From an uncultured Gemmataceae bacterium (GTDB lineage Bacteria > Planctomycetota > Planctomycetia > Gemmatales > Gemmataceae): DNA of 64,000 nucleotides. The stretch is from assembly GCA_963750165.1 (NCBI GenBank), contig CAVVPN010000011.1, positions 1,728,001 to 1,792,000 on the forward strand. The letters run 5' to 3'. Shown one piece after another: positions 44,701-58,315 of this stretch. The notes under the pieces are model-generated. The model had not been told where the DNA came from. It did not search any database and saw nothing but the letters and a program-made list of their open reading frames with translations. Each line of letters begins with the position of its first letter. Positions within the stretch are counted from its first letter, which is position 1. The translations under genes and the position numbers were made by a program.

Positions 44701-45491
44701 TCAATGCCCCCCCCAGGTCTGCGTGCCGATCAGGTACAGCAACGGCAGCAGGAAAATCCACACCACGTCCACGAAGTGCCAGTACAACCCGCCCACCTCC
44801 ACCGGCGCGTAATAGCCCTCCGTGAAGTGATCACGGTGCGCCAGTAGCGTCAGCACAGCCATGATGCCGATCCCAATAATCAGGTGGACCGCGTGCAGCC
44901 CCGTCATGATGTAGTAGAACATCAGGAACAGCTGCACCCGCTGCGGGTCCAGCGGCACCGGACGGCCGTTGTGGTCCTTGTGATCCTTCCAGTCGTTGTT
45001 GTTGAACGCCAGGTTGGGGACGAGGTTGTTCTTGTAGTCCTCGGCGTATTCGAACACCTTGATGACCAGGAACGCCGCGCCCAGCAGCGCCGTCGCCACC
45101 AACAACCACGTCAACTCCTTGCGCCGCCGCGCCGACGCCGCATGCACCGCCAGCGCCATCGTCAAGCTGCTGGTCAGCAACACCACCGTGTTGATCGCGG
45201 CGAACCGGATGTCGAGTTTCTGGCTGGCCGCCTCGAACTCATGCGGGTAAATCGTGCGGTACACCGTGTAGCCGGTGAACAGCGCCCCGAAGACCATCAA
45301 CTCCGTTGCCAGGAACAACCACATGCCCAGCGTATGGGCCTCATGCTGCTGGCCCAGGTCGTGGAAGTGGTGCGCCAGCGCCGGGTGATGCGGCGCCTCC
45401 TCCTGCGCGGGAACCTGGGCGGCGGCGGCCTCGGCGAGCGCGCGGCCGCGCCGGGCAGGTTCGGGTCGGTGGCGGGGTTAGCCGACGACAT
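44701..45491 (-). CDS. ctaE: Cytochrome c oxidase subunit III (apparent frameshift near 45440)
   Basis: [31 protein letters not shown]. Confidence 0.92.
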
Positions 45492-47136
45492 GCGGCACCT
45501 CCTCGTGGTAATGGTAGGGCCCGTGCGTTACCACCGGCGTGACCGCGAAGTTGTCCGGCGGCGGCGGCGACGCCGTTTGCCACTCCAGGCCGGTGGCGCC
45601 CCAGGGGTTCGGCCCCGCCTTCTTGCCCCAGCCCAGCGACCACAACAAATACATCAGCGGCAGCACGTAGCCAGCCCCCAGGATCGACGCGCCCGCCGTG
45701 GACATGACATTCAGCACCTGATACTCCGGCGCGTAGCGCCAGTAGCGCCGCGGCATGCCCTGGTAGCCGACCACGAACTGCGGCAGAAACGTCAGGACGA
45801 AGCCAACGAAAATGATCAGCGCCCCCAGCTTGGCCGGCCCCTCCGGGTACATCCGCCCCGTCATCTTCGGCCACCAGTAATGCAGACCGGCCATGTAGGC
45901 CATCACCATGCCGCCCACCATGATGAAATGGAAGTGCGCCACCACGAAATACGTGTCATGCACATGCACGTCCGTGCCCAGGCAGGCCAGGAACAACCCC
46001 GTCAGCCCGCCGATCGTGAACAGGCCGATGAAGCCGAAGGCGTACAGCATCGGCGTCGCGAAGGAGATCGAACCGCGATACATCGTCGCCGTCCAGTTGA
46101 AGACCTTGACCGCCGACGGCACGGCCACGAAGAAGCTCAGCAGCGAGAAGATCATGGCGGCGTAGGCGGAGATGCCCGCCACGAACATGTGATGGCCCCA
46201 CACCAGGAACCCCAGCACCGCAATGGCGATGCTGGCGCCGGCCACGAACTTGTAGCCGAAAACGCTCTTGCGCGAGAAGCAGGCCACGACCTCGCTCATG
46301 ACGGCCATGCCCGGCAGGATCATGATGTACACCGCCGGGTGCGAGTAGAACCAGAACAAATGCTGGAACAGCAGCGGGTCGCCGCCCAGCGCCGGGTCGA
46401 AGACGCCGACGTTAAAGATCCTCTCCACCGCCACCAGCAAGATGGTCATGGCGACCACCGGCGTGCCCAGCAGGATGATGATGCTGGTGGCGTACATCGA
46501 CCAGATGAACAGCGGCAGCCGGAACCACGTCAGCCCCGGGGCACGCATGCGGTGGACCGTCACGATGAAGTTCAGCCCCGTCAGGATCGACGAGAAGCCC
46601 GCGACGAACGCGCCCAGCGCCGCCGGGATGACGTGCGAGCGGGCGTACTGCGAACTGTACGGCGTGTAGAAGGTCCAGCCGGTGTCCACGCCGCCGCTCA
46701 GCGTGACCCAGAGCGTGAACACGCTGCCGATCACGTAGACGTACCAGCTGAGCAGGTTGAGCCGCGGGAAAGCCAGGTCCTTGGCCCCGACCATCATCGG
46801 CAGCACGAAATTCCCCAGCGTCGCCGGCACGCCGGGGATCAGGAAGAAGAACACCATGATGATGCCGTGCAGCGTGAAGAACTTGTTGTAGGTGTCCGGC
46901 GTCAACAGGTCGTTGCTGGGCGTGAGCAGCTGCAGGCGCACCATCGTGATGAAGGCGCCGCCGAGGAAGAACATCACTGTGATGGAGATCAAATAGAGGA
47001 TGGCGATGCGCTTGTGGTCGGTGGTCAGCAGCCACGAGCGCACGCCGTAACTGACGTTGAGGTAGTCGATGCGCGTTGGCTCGGCGGCGGGCGGCGGCTG
47101 CGGCACAACGGGGGCGGGAAGGGTTTCCGTGCTCAT
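45478..47136 (-). CDS. ctaD: Cytochrome c oxidase subunit I (A2-type)
   Basis: [37 protein letters not shown]. Confidence 0.97.
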   Translation of the reverse strand: MSTETLPAPVVPQPPPAAEPTRIDYLNVSYGVRSWLLTTDHKRIAILYLISITVMFFLGGAFITMVRLQLLTPSNDLLTPDTYNKFFTLHGIIMVFFFLIPGVPATLGNFVLPMMVGAKDLAFPRLNLLSWYVYVIGSVFTLWVTLSGGVDTGWTFYTPYSSQYARSHVIPAALGAFVAGFSSILTGLNFIVTVHRMRAPGLTWFRLPLFIWSMYATSIIILLGTPVVAMTILLVAVERIFNVGVFDPALGGDPLLFQHLFWFYSHPAVYIMILPGMAVMSEVVACFSRKSVFGYKFVAGASIAIAVLGFLVWGHHMFVAGISAYAAMIFSLLSFFVAVPSAVKVFNWTATMYRGSISFATPMLYAFGFIGLFTIGGLTGLFLACLGTDVHVHDTYFVVAHFHFIMVGGMVMAYMAGLHYWWPKMTGRMYPEGPAKLGALIIFVGFVLTFLPQFVVGYQGMPRRYWRYAPEYQVLNVMSTAGASILGAGYVLPLMYLLWSLGWGKKAGPNPWGATGLEWQTASPPPPDNFAVTPVVTHGPYHYHEEVPHVVG

Positions 47137-47137
47137 G

Positions 47138-48146
47138 CTATTTGTCCTGCGCCTTCTTCTGGTTGCGGTCTACCGCGGGCGGCTCAGCGTGCTCGACGCG
47201 CCGCGGCGTCTGCCCCCGCTCCAGGGACTTGATGAACGCGATCAACTGGAGGATCTCCTCCTCGTCCACGATGCCCTCGAACGAGGGCATGATATTCTGA
47301 TAACCCGCCACAATGTCCTTGCCGGGGTACAGGATCGACCGCCGTAAATAGCCCTCGTCGGCGAGGACGCGGCGGCCGCCCTGCAGGTCCACCTCCCTGC
47401 CGTACAGCTGCTCCAGCACGGGCGCCCGCGCCGGCGTCGGCGCTGTGGCAGGTGATGCACTGCAGCTTCGAGAAGAGTTTGCGGCCCTCCGTGGCGGGCG
47501 AACCGTCCACGCCGCGCGCCAGCCACGCCTGATAGGCATCCTGCTCCATGACGATGATGCGGCCGATCATCTGCGAATGATAGGTGCCACAGTACTGCGA
47601 GCAAAACAGGTGATAGGTGCCCGTCTTGTTGGCCTCGAACCAGACGGTGGTGTAGCGGCCCGGCAGCACGTCCTGGTGGACGCGGAACTCCGGCACGAAA
47701 AAGCTGTGAATCACGTCCTGCGAGATCATCGTCAGGTGGACCGGCCGGCCGACGGGGACGTGCAGGTCGTTGATCTCGCGCTGGCCGCCGGGGTGCTGGA
47801 ACTTCCACATCCACTGCTTGCCGACACAGTAAATCTCCAGGCGGTCTTCCGGCGCCTTCGCCCAGCTGAAGTAGAGCCGCGCCCCCCAGACGAAGATGAC
47901 CAGGCCGAGCACCAGCGGCACGGCACTCCAGAAGATTTCCAGGCGCAGCGAGCCCTCAATGCGCGGCGGTCGCTCGGCGTCGGAGCGGCGGCGGTACTTG
48001 ATGGCGAACGTAAGCACCAGCACCGCGACGAGGGTGGTGAAGAACACGGTGATGCCCAGGATGAAGAAGAACAGGGCATCGACCTGCTGCGCCTGCGCCG
48101 TCGCCGCCTCCGGGAACAGGTGGATTTGCTGGACCTGTGCGAACAT
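47138..48146 (-). CDS. ctaC: Cytochrome c oxidase subunit II with C-terminal cytochrome c (caa3-type; apparent frameshift near 47428)
   Basis: [18 protein letters not shown]uA site, CITCH; tail continues in the 47138-47539 frame. Confidence 0.93.
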
Positions 48147-48185
48147 CGGTTGGATTACCCCTGTTACGCGAAACGATAAATCGGG

Positions 48186-49004
48186 TCAGAGGGCGCCCGG
48201 TCCCCCCGCCGCCTTGCGGCGCTCGCGCCGCCAGTGCCACCACAGCAGCCCCGCGATCACCACCACCGTCAGCGCCCCGGCCAGCCGTACCAGGCGCATG
48301 ATTTGCAGCGTGTACTGGCCCGTCTCCGGGTCGTAGTCGAAGCACAGCAGCCGCAGCGGTTGCGTCACCGGCGAGCCAATCCGCTGCGCCGCCGCGTCCT
48401 CCAGCCCGAACTGCAGGTCGCGGGCCGGGTAGTCCAGCCCGTAAAAGTAGCGGGCCAGCTTGCCGCGCGGCGTCACCACCATGATGCCGCTGGCGTGGGC
48501 GTACTGCCCTTTTTTTTCATCCCAGAAGTAGCGAAAGCCGACCGCGTCCGCCAACCGTGTGATGGCCGGCTGCTCGCCGGTCAGGAAGTGCCAGCCCGCC
48601 TTGGCCTCGGGCCGGCCGTAGGCATCGACATAGGCCGCCTTCTTGGCGCGGGCCAGTTGCCAGCCCTCCTTGGGGTCGATGCTCACGACAACCACCGTGA
48701 ACTCCTTGCCCGGCGTGAACTCCAGGCGGCGCAGGCTCTCGACCAGCTTGTTGAGCACCAGCGAACACAACCGCGGACAGCGGTAGTAGGCCAGTACCAG
48801 GATCACGGGCCTGTCCCGGAAGTAGTCGCCGAGCGTCACGGCCTGGCCCTCGTCGTCGCGGAAGGGCAGGTCGAGCGGCACCTGTTCGTTGAGCCGCTGC
48901 TCGATGGCGACCCCAGCCACCTGGGCGCGCTGGTTGTCGGCGGCAGCGCGGCCCGGCAGCGCCGTCAACACGAGCAGACCGAACAGAAGCGTTCGCCGCG
49001 TCAC
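48186..49004 (-). CDS. SCO1/SenC family protein
   Basis: YYRCPRLC, VSIDP, YAHASG. Confidence 0.9.
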   Translation of the reverse strand: MTRRTLLFGLLVLTALPGRAAADNQRAQVAGVAIEQRLNEQVPLDLPFRDDEGQAVTLGDYFRDRPVILVLAYYRCPRLCSLVLNKLVESLRRLEFTPGKEFTVVVVSIDPKEGWQLARAKKAAYVDAYGRPEAKAGWHFLTGEQPAITRLADAVGFRYFWDEKKGQYAHASGIMVVTPRGKLARYFYGLDYPARDLQFGLEDAAAQRIGSPVTQPLRLLCFDYDPETGQYTLQIMRLVRLAGALTVVVIAGLLWWHWRRERRKAAGGPGAL

Positions 49005-49522
49005 TTGCCACCCCCCTTGGCCGTCACCGCCGGCCGCGGCGCCTCCAGCTTCCTGAGCCGTTCCGACTCCGCCGCCGGTCGCACGCTAATGCCGTGTTTT
49101 GCCGCGAATTTCGGTTCCGCCATCTGCGCAATGGCCTCGTCAATAGGAACGTGGACCGTCCTGTCCTGGCGGTTCACCCAGCCGTATTGTTTCAACCGGG
49201 TGACCTCCTCCTTGCGCAACGCGTCCAGGTCGCGCTCCTCGGACTGCTGCAGCACCGGCCCGGGAATGCGGTTCAGGTCGCGCGGCAGAACCAGTCGCTC
49301 CTTCTTCGCCAGCGGCGGCAGCGGTTTGTCCTGCTGCTTCTGCACGTCCGCGCACCAGTCGAGCATCGCCAGCGCGAGCAGGTGGGCGACGACCCCGAAC
49401 GCGATCAGGCCGACGCCGAACCAGACGATGGCGCGCACGTTCGCGTCGCTGCTTTCATGCTGCGTGTTGGGGTTGACGGCCTGCCCGTTGCGGTGGGCGA
49501 AGCCGTTGGTGTGGTCAGGCAT
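49001..49522 (-). CDS. Single-TM protein, ActG-like
   Basis: HESSDAN-TM, YGWVN...HVPIDEAI; lies between actF and SCO. Confidence 0.65.
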   Translation of the reverse strand: MPDHTNGFAHRNGQAVNPNTQHESSDANVRAIVWFGVGLIAFGVVAHLLALAMLDWCADVQKQQDKPLPPLAKKERLVLPRDLNRIPGPVLQQSEERDLDALRKEEVTRLKQYGWVNRQDRTVHVPIDEAIAQMAEPKFAAKHGISVRPAAESERLRKLEAPRPAVTAKGGGK

Positions 49523-50715
49523 GGCTCAGCACCTCCTCCGGTTCGGGGTTGTGGACGGGCACCAGCGGCCGCAGGCTCAGCTGCCGGAAGAACTCCGCCA
49601 GCCACAGACCGCCGACGGCCGCGAAGGCCGCCACGTCCAGCCAGTGCAGGGACATCGGCTCGTACAACCGCTCCTCGAGCCGGAACGCCGGCTTGACCAG
49701 CCAGAATTCCTGCACGACGCTCATGGCCGCGATTGCCAGCGCCACCCAGCCCAGCCGGTGCGGATAGCGTTTCACGTCGCGCGACAGCAGCAGCAGGAAC
49801 GGCAGCGCGAAGTAGAACAGGCCCAGTGCCGCCGCCACGAACTGCCAGCCGCCGTCGCTGCGCGCCAGATACCAGGGAATTTCCTCGGTGATGTTGCCGC
49901 TCCAGATGAGCAGGAACTGCGAAAAGGCCATGTACGTCCACAGCATGACGAACGCCAGCAGCAGGTTGCCAAGGTCGTTCCAGATGTCCGGCTCGGCGAT
50001 CTCCGCCAACCGGGGGTCGCGCGGCGCCAGCCAGCCGGCGCAGGCAATGGCCAGCGCCAGCGCCGGCAGCACCTCGCCCGTGCCGATCAGCGCCTCCGAA
50101 GATGGTCGAGTACCAGTGCGGCTCCAGTGACATGATCCAGTCAATGGCCGAGAAGCTGACCGCCAGCCCGAGCAGCACCAGCATCGGGCCGCTACACGTC
50201 AGCACGCGCCGCGCCAGCCGGCGGTCGTTCAGTCGATCCTGCAGCGCCGACCAGTAGTTGAACAGCAACGCCATGCCGATCCAGATGGCGAAGTAGATCA
50301 CCGTCCGGATCAGGAAGAACGGCACGTTGAGGTAGTTCTGCACCTTGAACGTCAGATCCTGGTGGTGCTCCAGTACGTCCGGTTTCGCCCATTCGTAGAC
50401 GTAAGGTAGGCCGAAGGCCAGCGGCACGAACAGCAGCGCCATTAGCGGCAGCACGCGCGTGGCCGCCTCCAGCACGCGCTGGATGACGACGCCCCAGATG
50501 CCGCCGGTCAGGTTGTGCAACAGCCAGATCGCCAGCGCCCCCAGGCTGAGACCCAGCCAGTAGTGGAACGCCGCCAGGTACGACTGGAAGAACTGCGCCG
50601 GGTTCGGAAGAAAGACGCCAATGATGCATAACAGCGCCCCGCCGAGGCCAACCGCTAACGCCCGCTGCGACAGCCAGCGGACCAGCGCTGTGTGCGTGGT
50701 TGCGGCGGTGCTCAT
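49515..50715 (-). CDS. actF: Alternative complex III subunit ActF (apparent frameshift near 50095)
   Basis: DWIMSLEPHWYSTIFG joins DLGNLLLAFVMLWTYMAFSQFLLIWSGN. Confidence 0.88.
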
Positions 50716-51418
50716 GGCTGCCCCCCCTTGCCGGCCAGTGCCTTCTTGCCCGCCGCGCCCACGTCGGCGAGCGGCGCCGCCTGGCTGTACTGCAACACAC
50801 GGATGTAGGCGACGATCTCCCAGCGGTCGTGGACGGGCACCTGGGAGGCGTAGTCCGGCATGGCCCCGTAGCCGTTGGTGATGACGTGGAAGTAATAGCC
50901 GACGGGCGCGTTGCGCAGTTTCACGCGAATGCCCTTGATGCGGTAGCCGCGTGAGTCGTCGGTGTGGAAATTCGGCGGCGGCGTGAAGCCGCGCTGGGGG
51001 ATCATGCCCTTGCCGTCGCCGACACGGCTGTGGCAGACCGCGCAGAAGATGTCGAACTGCTGCCGGCCGTGCTCCAGACGTTCGCGGGTCATCGCGAAGG
51101 GGAACTCGTCCGCGAACGGGGATTCGTACCCCGTCCAGGCGATGGCCGCCAGCGGCGACCGGCCGGCCACGTCGCCGATCAGGCCCGTCAGCTGGCCCGC
51201 GTCGGGAGCGCTCGGACGCTTGCCGGTGTACAGGAGCATGTCCGCCTTGAGCTGGCCGCGCGCGACGGTGCCGTCGATCAGCGGCCGCGACGCCCGGTCG
51301 TTCGCGAAGAAACTGCTGGGCGCAACGGCCGGTAGGACGGCTGCAACGCCATCTGCTGCTGACAGCCGGCCGCCAGCAGGCAGGCCAGCAGGAGCCCGGT
51401 TGATTTTACGTTCCCCAT
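50712..51418 (-). CDS. actE: Alternative complex III monoheme lipoprotein ActE (apparent frameshift near 51318)
   Basis: Lipobox LAAGC, QQMALQP, GTVARG, CAVCH, ITNGYGAMP. Confidence 0.85.
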
Positions 51419-51447
51419 GTCATCCCCAATTCCCCGGCGCTGAGACT

Positions 51448-51984
51448 TCAGTGCGGCACCTCGCTCACGTCGCGCGGCCCGAGCGTGCCGAGCAGTCGCC
51501 GCGTCTCCGCCTGGTCGAACAACGGGTCGGTCGCCTCGACGCACAGGAAGAAACGATCCCGGCTGGCCAGGGCGAAGCGCGGCACATTGAACACCGGATG
51601 GTACGGCATCGGCAGCCCGTTCAGCGCGAACAGCCCGAGCACCGCCGACAGCGCCGCGATCAGCACCGTCAGCTCGAACGTGATCGGGATGAACGCCGGC
51701 CAGCTGAAGAATGGCCGGCCGCCGATGTTGAACGGATAGTCCACCCCCGCCGAGTACGCCAGCATGAAAAAGCCGCCGACACAGCCGACAATGCCGCCGA
51801 TCAGCACGACCAGCGGCAGCCGTGTGTGCCGGAAGCCAATCGCCTCCGCCAGCCCCTCGATCGGGAACGGCGAGTAGGCATCGACGTGGCGGTAACCGGC
51901 GGCATTCATGGCGCGGGCGGCGGTCACCAGGGCGTTGGTGTTGTCGAACTCCGCCAGCAGTCCGTAAATCGGCGGCCGTTTCAT
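51448..51984 (-). CDS. actD: Alternative complex III subunit ActD (DUF3341)
   Basis: [28 protein letters not shown]. Confidence 0.9.
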   Translation of the reverse strand: MKRPPIYGLLAEFDNTNALVTAARAMNAAGYRHVDAYSPFPIEGLAEAIGFRHTRLPLVVLIGGIVGCVGGFFMLAYSAGVDYPFNIGGRPFFSWPAFIPITFELTVLIAALSAVLGLFALNGLPMPYHPVFNVPRFALASRDRFFLCVEATDPLFDQAETRRLLGTLGPRDVSEVPH

Positions 51985-53401
51985 TTCGCCTCCTCCTTGA
52001 CGTGCGCCTCCGGCAGCAGCGTCCGCATTTCAAAGATCGAGATCATCGGCAGGAAGCGCAGGAACAGGAAGATCAGACAGACGAACAGGCCGAGCGTGCC
52101 CACGAAGGTCGCCCAGTCCCAGAAGGTCGGGGTGTACATGCCCCACGACGACGGCAAAAAGTCTCGGTGCAGGCTGGTCACCACGATGATGTAGCGCTCC
52201 GCCCACATGCCGACGTTGACCAGCATGGCGATGCCCCAGACCACCTTCACGTTCGAGCGCATGGAGCGGAACCAGAGCAGCTGCGGCGCCAGGCAGTTGC
52301 AGAAGATCAGCGCCCAGAACCACGGCCCGTACGGCCCGAGGACGCGGTTGATCGCCACGTAGCGCTCGTATTCGTTGCCGCTGTACCACGCCATGAAGCC
52401 TTCCATCACGTAGCCGTAGGTGACAATCAGGCCGGTCGCCAGCATGATCTTGGCCATGTTCTTGATGTGCTTCATGGTGATGAAGTCCTGCAGGCCGTAG
52501 ACCGCCCGCACCGGAATGGCCAGCGTCAGCACCATCGCGAAGCCGGCGAACAGCGCCCCCGCGACGAAGTACGGCGGGAAAATGGTCGAGTGCCAGCCCG
52601 GCACCTGCGCCACCGCGAAGTCAAAGCTCACCACCGTGTGCACCGACACGACTAGCGGCGTTGCCAGGCCGGCGAGCAGCAGGTAAGCGACCTCGTAGCG
52701 GTGCCAGTGCCGGGCGGAGCCGCGCCAGCCCATCGCGAAAAAGCCGTAGATCCAGCGGCCGGCCCGCGATTGCGAGCGGTCGCGCAGCGTGGCCATGTCG
52801 GGCACCAGGCCGGTGTACCAGAACAGGATCGACACGGTGAAGTAGGTGCCGACCGCGAACACGTCCCAGACCAGCGGGCTGCGCCACTGCGGCCACAGGT
52901 GCATCGTGTTGGGGTAGGGCAGCAGCCAGTAGAAAAACCACGGCCGGCCCATGTGGATCAGCGGGAAGATGCCGGCGCAGGCGACCGCGAACAGCGTCAT
53001 GGCCTCGGCGAAACGGTTGATCGACGTGCGCCATTTCTGGTGCAGCAGCAGCAAAATGGCCGAGATCAGCGTGCCGGCGTGGCCGATGCCGATCCACCAC
53101 ACGAAGTTGACGATGGCCATGCCCCAGGCGACCGGGACGTTGAGGCCCCAGATGCCGACGCCGTAGGTCAGCAGCACGGCGATGGCCCAGTGCAGCACGA
53201 CCACCAGCAGGAACGAGATGCCGAAGCCGAGCCACCAGCCGCGCGGCGTCTTGCGGCTCATGGTGATGGCGGCGATCTTGTCGGTGATGCCGCCGAAGGT
53301 GTACCCCGGGGCGATCACACGCGAGCCGGGCGCGTGGGCCTCGGGGTGGGCGGCCCCAACTTCCGGGTGCGGAATCGGGGGCGCGGTCTCAGGCTCGGTG
53401 C

Positions 53402-53405
<4 letters not shown>
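51981..53405 (-). CDS. actC: Alternative complex III subunit ActC (NrfD family)
   Basis: [41 protein letters not shown]. Confidence 0.93.
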
Positions 53406-56483
<3,078 letters not shown>

Positions 56484-56502
56484 GGATGCGTTTCCTCTTT
56501 TC

Positions 56503-56661
56503 TGCCGCTTGCGGCTTGGCGCTGTTGTGGCCCGGTCTCCCGACCGGGCCACCGCGATGACCGAAGGTCTCCCTCAGTATCCCGGAGGAGACCAATTCCC
56601 GTGGCTTGGTCCGGAGACCAGGCCACAACGCGAGGTTCAGAGCGCCAAGCCGCAAGCGGCA
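56503..56661. repeat. Nested palindromic elements between actA and actB
   Basis: Outer arms TGCCGCTTGCGGCTTGGCGCT / AGCGCCAAGCCGCAAGCGGCA; inner 56524-56629 matches the 3170 family. Confidence 0.85.
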
Positions 56662-56670
56662 AAAGCAAGC

Positions 56671-57318
56671 TCAGCGATGGCACGTCGAACAATCCGTCTT
56701 GCCGTGGACCTTGTACTCATCCTTCAGCTGGCGGCCCTTCACGTCCTGGTCCGGCGGCGGCTCCCAGCTCATGTTGTAAATCTCCGCGCGCGGCCGCAGA
56801 AACTTCTCCGGCTCCTTGTGGCACTCCAGGCACCACTCCATGTGCAGGCTGGCCGTCTGCCGCGTCAGGTTCATCTGATCGACGCGCCCGTGACAGGTGG
56901 AGCAGCCGACGCCCTTGTTGACGTGGATGCTGTGGTCGAAGTAGACGAACTCGGCCAGGTTGTGGACGCGGTTCCACGGGATCGACTTGCCGGTGCGGTA
57001 GCTCTCGCGCACCGGCTCCAGCATGGGGCTGTTGACCCAGATTTGCGAGTGACAGTTCATGCAGGTGCGCGTCGGCGGGATGCCGGCGAAGCCCGATTTC
57101 TCCACGGACGTATGGCAGTAGCGGCAATCGATGCCCAGGCCGGCGACGTGGTGCTGGTGGCTGAACGGCACCGGTTGCTCGACGTGCTCATTGACGCGGG
57201 TCACGTAATCGGAGCGCGTGTAGCGCGACCAGGCCCAGCCCACGAAGGCGAGAATGAACACCGCCCCGAACAGGGTCACCTTCGAGATGGTGTTGAGGCT
57301 GCGGTGGAAGACTTGCAT
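56671..57318 (-). CDS. actA: Alternative complex III pentaheme cytochrome c ActA
   Basis: One TM helix and five CxxCH motifs (CRYCH, CMNCH, CSTCH, CLECH, CSTCH). Confidence 0.93.
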   Translation of the reverse strand: MQVFHRSLNTISKVTLFGAVFILAFVGWAWSRYTRSDYVTRVNEHVEQPVPFSHQHHVAGLGIDCRYCHTSVEKSGFAGIPPTRTCMNCHSQIWVNSPMLEPVRESYRTGKSIPWNRVHNLAEFVYFDHSIHVNKGVGCSTCHGRVDQMNLTRQTASLHMEWCLECHKEPEKFLRPRAEIYNMSWEPPPDQDVKGRQLKDEYKVHGKTDCSTCHR

Positions 57319-57359
57319 CGTGAATCATTCCCTTGAGCGGTGCGACCGGACCAGCCCGC

Positions 57360-57569
57360 TTAGCCGATTTTTGGTTTATGAATTGGAGCGGTGTCCGGCT
57401 GCGCAACGGTGGTGTCCGCGGCCGCGACCGTTTCGGCGCGGGCCACGCGCACCGTCGGTGGAGCGGTGACGCCGAGGCGCACGGTGCCGCCGCGAACCGA
57501 CGCCAACGTGATGTGAATGTTGTTGTTGATGACGATCGTTTCACCCACCTTGCGAGTCAGCACGAGCAT
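57360..57569 (-). CDS. csrA: Carbon storage regulator CsrA family
   Basis: MLVLTRKVGETIVI...VRLGVTAP..VRVARAE; GGAGG RBS. Confidence 0.88.
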   Translation of the reverse strand: MLVLTRKVGETIVINNNIHITLASVRGGTVRLGVTAPPTVRVARAETVAAADTTVAQPDTAPIHKPKIG

Positions 57570-57673
57570 GGCGAGCCCTCCCTGGTTGAGCACGGTTTGG
57601 GCACCGATTCTGTTGCAACCCCTGTGCCGAACCGGGGCGCGCGCTGTGCGGTCGCGGCGCAGCCCGGCGCCCT

Positions 57674-57697
57674 GGCAGACAGGAATGTCTGCCCCAC
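57674..57697. repeat. Short REP-like palindrome
   Basis: GGCAGACA-GGAA-TGTCTGCC-CCAC. Confidence 0.65.
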
Positions 57698-57829
57698 GAA
57701 GCACGCGGCAGGGGATGGCCGGCAACGCCTCCCCTTCATAATCCGTGAACAGGAATCACGCGGAAGTTCTCCGTTCTGAGAATCGGCTACCCGAGGCCGG
57801 GAAAAACAAGCAGCCCCGGCCGTAATCAA

Positions 57830-57845
57830 AGCAACCCCGGTGCCA
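57830..57845 (-). promoter_or_regulatory. Putative sigma54 (-24/-12) promoter facing csrA-act-cta
   Basis: Minus strand TGGCACCGGGGTTGCT fits TGGCAC-N5-TTGCW exactly. Confidence 0.6.
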
Positions 57846-57847
57846 CG

Positions 57848-57863
57848 AGGCATACCGTTTGCC
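57848..57863 (+). promoter_or_regulatory. Putative sigma54 promoter facing hsp20-lon
   Basis: AGGCATACCGTTTGCC, GG-N10-GC spacing. Confidence 0.45.
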
Positions 57864-57943
57864 TTCGGTATTCGCGGCCCGTGACGAGCCGAAGCGTATA
57901 ATGCTGGCGCAGCCGGGGCGGCCGCCCCGGGAAGGAGTGCTGC

Positions 57944-58315
57944 ATGACCCCCGACCACGCACGATGTTTGCACGCCCTGTTCCTGCCGGCGACGCACCAC
58001 CACGGCCCGGTGTGCTGGTGCCCGGCCGCGGACGTGTACCGCACGCCCGGCGGCTGGCTGGTGAAGGTCGAGCTGGCCGGGGTGCGGCCCGAGGACGTGA
58101 CCCTGACCGTCGCCGGCCACCGCCTGGTGCTGCGCGGCCGCCGTCGCGACTGGACGCTGGAGGAGGGCCACACCCATTACCGATTGGAGATCGCCTACAG
58201 TCAATTCGAGCGCAGCCTGGAGCTGCCCTGCGACCTGGACCGGGCGGAAATTGGCCTTGCCTCGCAGCACGGCCTGCTGATGATTACGATCCGGGAAAAG
58301 GAGACCGCACTGTGA
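57944..58315 (+). CDS. Hsp20/alpha-crystallin family protein
   Basis: WCPAADVY, VELAGV, EIAYSQFERSLELP, GLLMI. Confidence 0.9.
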   Translation: MTPDHARCLHALFLPATHHHGPVCWCPAADVYRTPGGWLVKVELAGVRPEDVTLTVAGHRLVLRGRRRDWTLEEGHTHYRLEIAYSQFERSLELPCDLDRAEIGLASQHGLLMITIREKETAL

